A DNA stretch of 64,000 nucleotides from Nitrosopumilus sp. (lineage in GTDB: Archaea > Thermoproteota > Nitrososphaeria > Nitrososphaerales > Nitrosopumilaceae). Under the pieces are notes generated by a model. It searched no databases, was not told the origin of the DNA, and worked only from the letters and a program-made list of their open reading frames with translations. Within the stretch, counting starts at the first letter, position 1. The number at the start of each line of letters is the position of its first letter. The translations under genes and the position numbers were made by a program. The stretch covers positions 2,112,001-2,176,000 of the forward strand of contig CBDBLO010000002.1 in the NCBI GenBank assembly GCA_965207075.1, read 5' to 3'. Positions 62,290 through 64,000 of this stretch are shown here, piece after piece.

Positions 62290-63804
62290 TCACATCAGAA
62301 GCAAGAAGACAGCAGCCGGAATTACCACGTATTCGGATCTTGCCTCCAAGTCATACTTTGAGACAACCAGCCCACTTTTGGTACCATGGCTGCTGTCAAG
62401 AAAGCTCACCAGCCCGGACAGTTCCCTGAAATCAATCCTTTTTCTATACTTGACCTCTATGGGGACCTCTATATCATCCACGCCATACAGTACGAAATCC
62501 ACTTCCCTGTTCCTCTTGTCCTTCCAGTAAAACACGTGGTTGTAATAGTCAAAAGTCTGCTTTTTGTTGCTCAGGGCAAAGGCCCACCTAATCAGGTGAT
62601 CTGCCGTCACGCCCTCGACAATCCTTCCCTGGTTGTCCTCCTGATCCACGTAGTCCAGGCTGGCCCCGAAGTTGTCTTTTGCACTTGCCAGGCCGTTGAA
62701 CACATGGAGGAAGTACGGGTCGCGGAAGTAGAGCTTCTTGTCACTTCTGATCATTGGGATCTTTTTATCGTCCCCGTACCTGTGTATGACCGACAGGGCA
62801 AACATATCCTTTAGCGTGTATGCGTAACTTGAGGCGGTGTCCGCGCTTCCAATGTCTGCCTCTTTTGACAGACTGTTCCACGACGCGTGGCTGCCCTGGC
62901 TCTTGATTGCCGCCCTGCAGAACTGCTTTAATTTTGACTCGTTCTTTTGAAATGCGGACCATTGCCCCACGATACTGTCCAGATAGGCCCTGTATGAGTT
63001 CTCATTTATGCTGCCCGTCCTTATCTTCTCGTTGACAATTTTTGGTATCCCTCCAGTTATCATATATTCGCGCAAGAGATCGTCCAGTTCGTCCCGATGC
63101 GCACCCACTTGATAAATTCGGTCGTCAATTTCCTTGCCCAGCAGCCTTTTAAATACGCCTCTCCTGTCCCGGGCCGGCAGCAGGTGTTTTTTTAACACGT
63201 CCCTGATCCTGTCACTCCTCATTGATGCGTACTCTGAAAACTTCATCGGGAGCAGGACCTTGTCATGATTGTCAGAAACTTCCCCCCTGCGTCCGGGCAG
63301 TCTCTCCGCCGCGTTTCTTATGTCGACTGAGTGCGATCCCGTAACCATGACCGTGCAGTTTTCGAGCTTGCCGCTGTCAATCAGCCATTTGATTCCTTTT
63401 TGCCAATTGGGCACTGATGAGATCTCGTCTAGGAACAAATAGCAGCGGTTCTCCCCGCGCAGCCCGCTGCTTATCTTCATGTACCTCTCTATAATCCCCA
63501 CCAGATCCTGCGCCGTGCCTACCAGATCCAGCGTATAGTAGAATATGTTCCATGGGCATATGCCCTTGTCCAGGAATTCCCTTATCTGCAGCTTGACAAG
63601 CGTTGTCTTACCCACCTGTCTTGGACCCCGCAACGAGTACACTACTGGATTGGAAGGCTCAAAGTCATACCTGATGGCGCGCAGCAGCCCGGGCACGTAT
63701 CTTGTTGCCGATTCCTCCCAATCCCTGATTTTCTGATCGCTCCGTATGCTTGAAGGGTCCCTCCACCACGGATTGGCGCCCCACATGGAGCTTTCCTGTG
63801 CCAT
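62290..63804 (-). CDS. AAA_14 ATPase with DUF4143 PD-(D/E)xK C-terminus
   Basis: NPWW, GPRQVGKTT, FLDEI, TGS, KLYFRDP, EVDFV, PIEVK. Confidence 0.9.
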   Translation of the reverse strand: MAQESSMWGANPWWRDPSSIRSDQKIRDWEESATRYVPGLLRAIRYDFEPSNPVVYSLRGPRQVGKTTLVKLQIREFLDKGICPWNIFYYTLDLVGTAQDLVGIIERYMKISSGLRGENRCYLFLDEISSVPNWQKGIKWLIDSGKLENCTVMVTGSHSVDIRNAAERLPGRRGEVSDNHDKVLLPMKFSEYASMRSDRIRDVLKKHLLPARDRRGVFKRLLGKEIDDRIYQVGAHRDELDDLLREYMITGGIPKIVNEKIRTGSINENSYRAYLDSIVGQWSAFQKNESKLKQFCRAAIKSQGSHASWNSLSKEADIGSADTASSYAYTLKDMFALSVIHRYGDDKKIPMIRSDKKLYFRDPYFLHVFNGLASAKDNFGASLDYVDQEDNQGRIVEGVTADHLIRWAFALSNKKQTFDYYNHVFYWKDKRNREVDFVLYGVDDIEVPIEVKYRKRIDFRELSGLVSFLDSSHGTKSGLVVSKYDLEARSEYVVIPAAVFLLLM

Positions 63805-63818
63805 GTCCTACTCATATG

Positions 63819-63913
63819 GAACTTCTTTATATGTTATAGATTAACCACCCTGAACTTCTTTATATGTTATAGATTAACCACCCTGAACTTCTTTATATGT
63901 TATAGATTAACCA
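63819..63913 (-). promoter_or_regulatory. 33-bp tandem repeat (x2.9) containing the TATA box of the DUF4143 ATPase gene
   Basis: GAACTTCTTTATATGTTATAGATTAACCACCCT at 63819, 63852 and 63885 (last copy truncated); the minus strand reads ATATAAAG ~25 nt before the ATG. Confidence 0.8.
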
Positions 63914-64000
63914 TTCTCGCAGGAGCGGCATGCCGGAAGCGGCGGCGTCGATAGCCCGGCAGGATGCCTGATCCCGGGGGCCTGCACGGGAGAGTCCAAG

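Noticed and set aside
63819-63913. Mini-CRISPR
   Set aside because: Pure tandem repeat without spacers

Overview
This window is chromosomal DNA from a high-GC ammonia-oxidising-type archaeon (Nitrososphaerota/Thaumarchaeota, Nitrosopumilaceae-like; the lineage is inferred from gene content and order). Left core region (1-17.1 kb): PQQ-type sugar dehydrogenase, class II HMG-CoA reductase, a his operon (hisG-D-C-HAD-B-H-A-F-I), a heme-copper oxidase cluster (split coxB, coxA, double blue-copper protein, ctaA) and tRNA-Lys(CTT). A ~26 kb integrated island follows, bounded by a direct repeat of the tRNA 3' end (17154 and 43389). It carries a tyrosine integrase, a 22-26 bp motif repeated in both orientations, an aberrant long-variable-arm tRNA-like gene with an Arg(CCT) anticodon, three 44-46 bp palindromes among shuffled repeat modules, IS5 and IS630, a 33-bp tandem array and a degenerate tRNA. 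It also carries a defence arsenal: a type I R-M operon with a HEPN gene inserted after hsdM and its MNT partner fused to HsdS, a Schlafen protein, further HEPN-like genes and an OLD nuclease. Right region: thrC, MoaD-MoeB fusion, Rieske/cytochrome b, IS481 with a 16-bp target duplication, Fic, HTH-MNT, ctaB, Lrp and an AAA-DUF4143 ATPase. All calls come from reading motifs by eye; no database searches were run.
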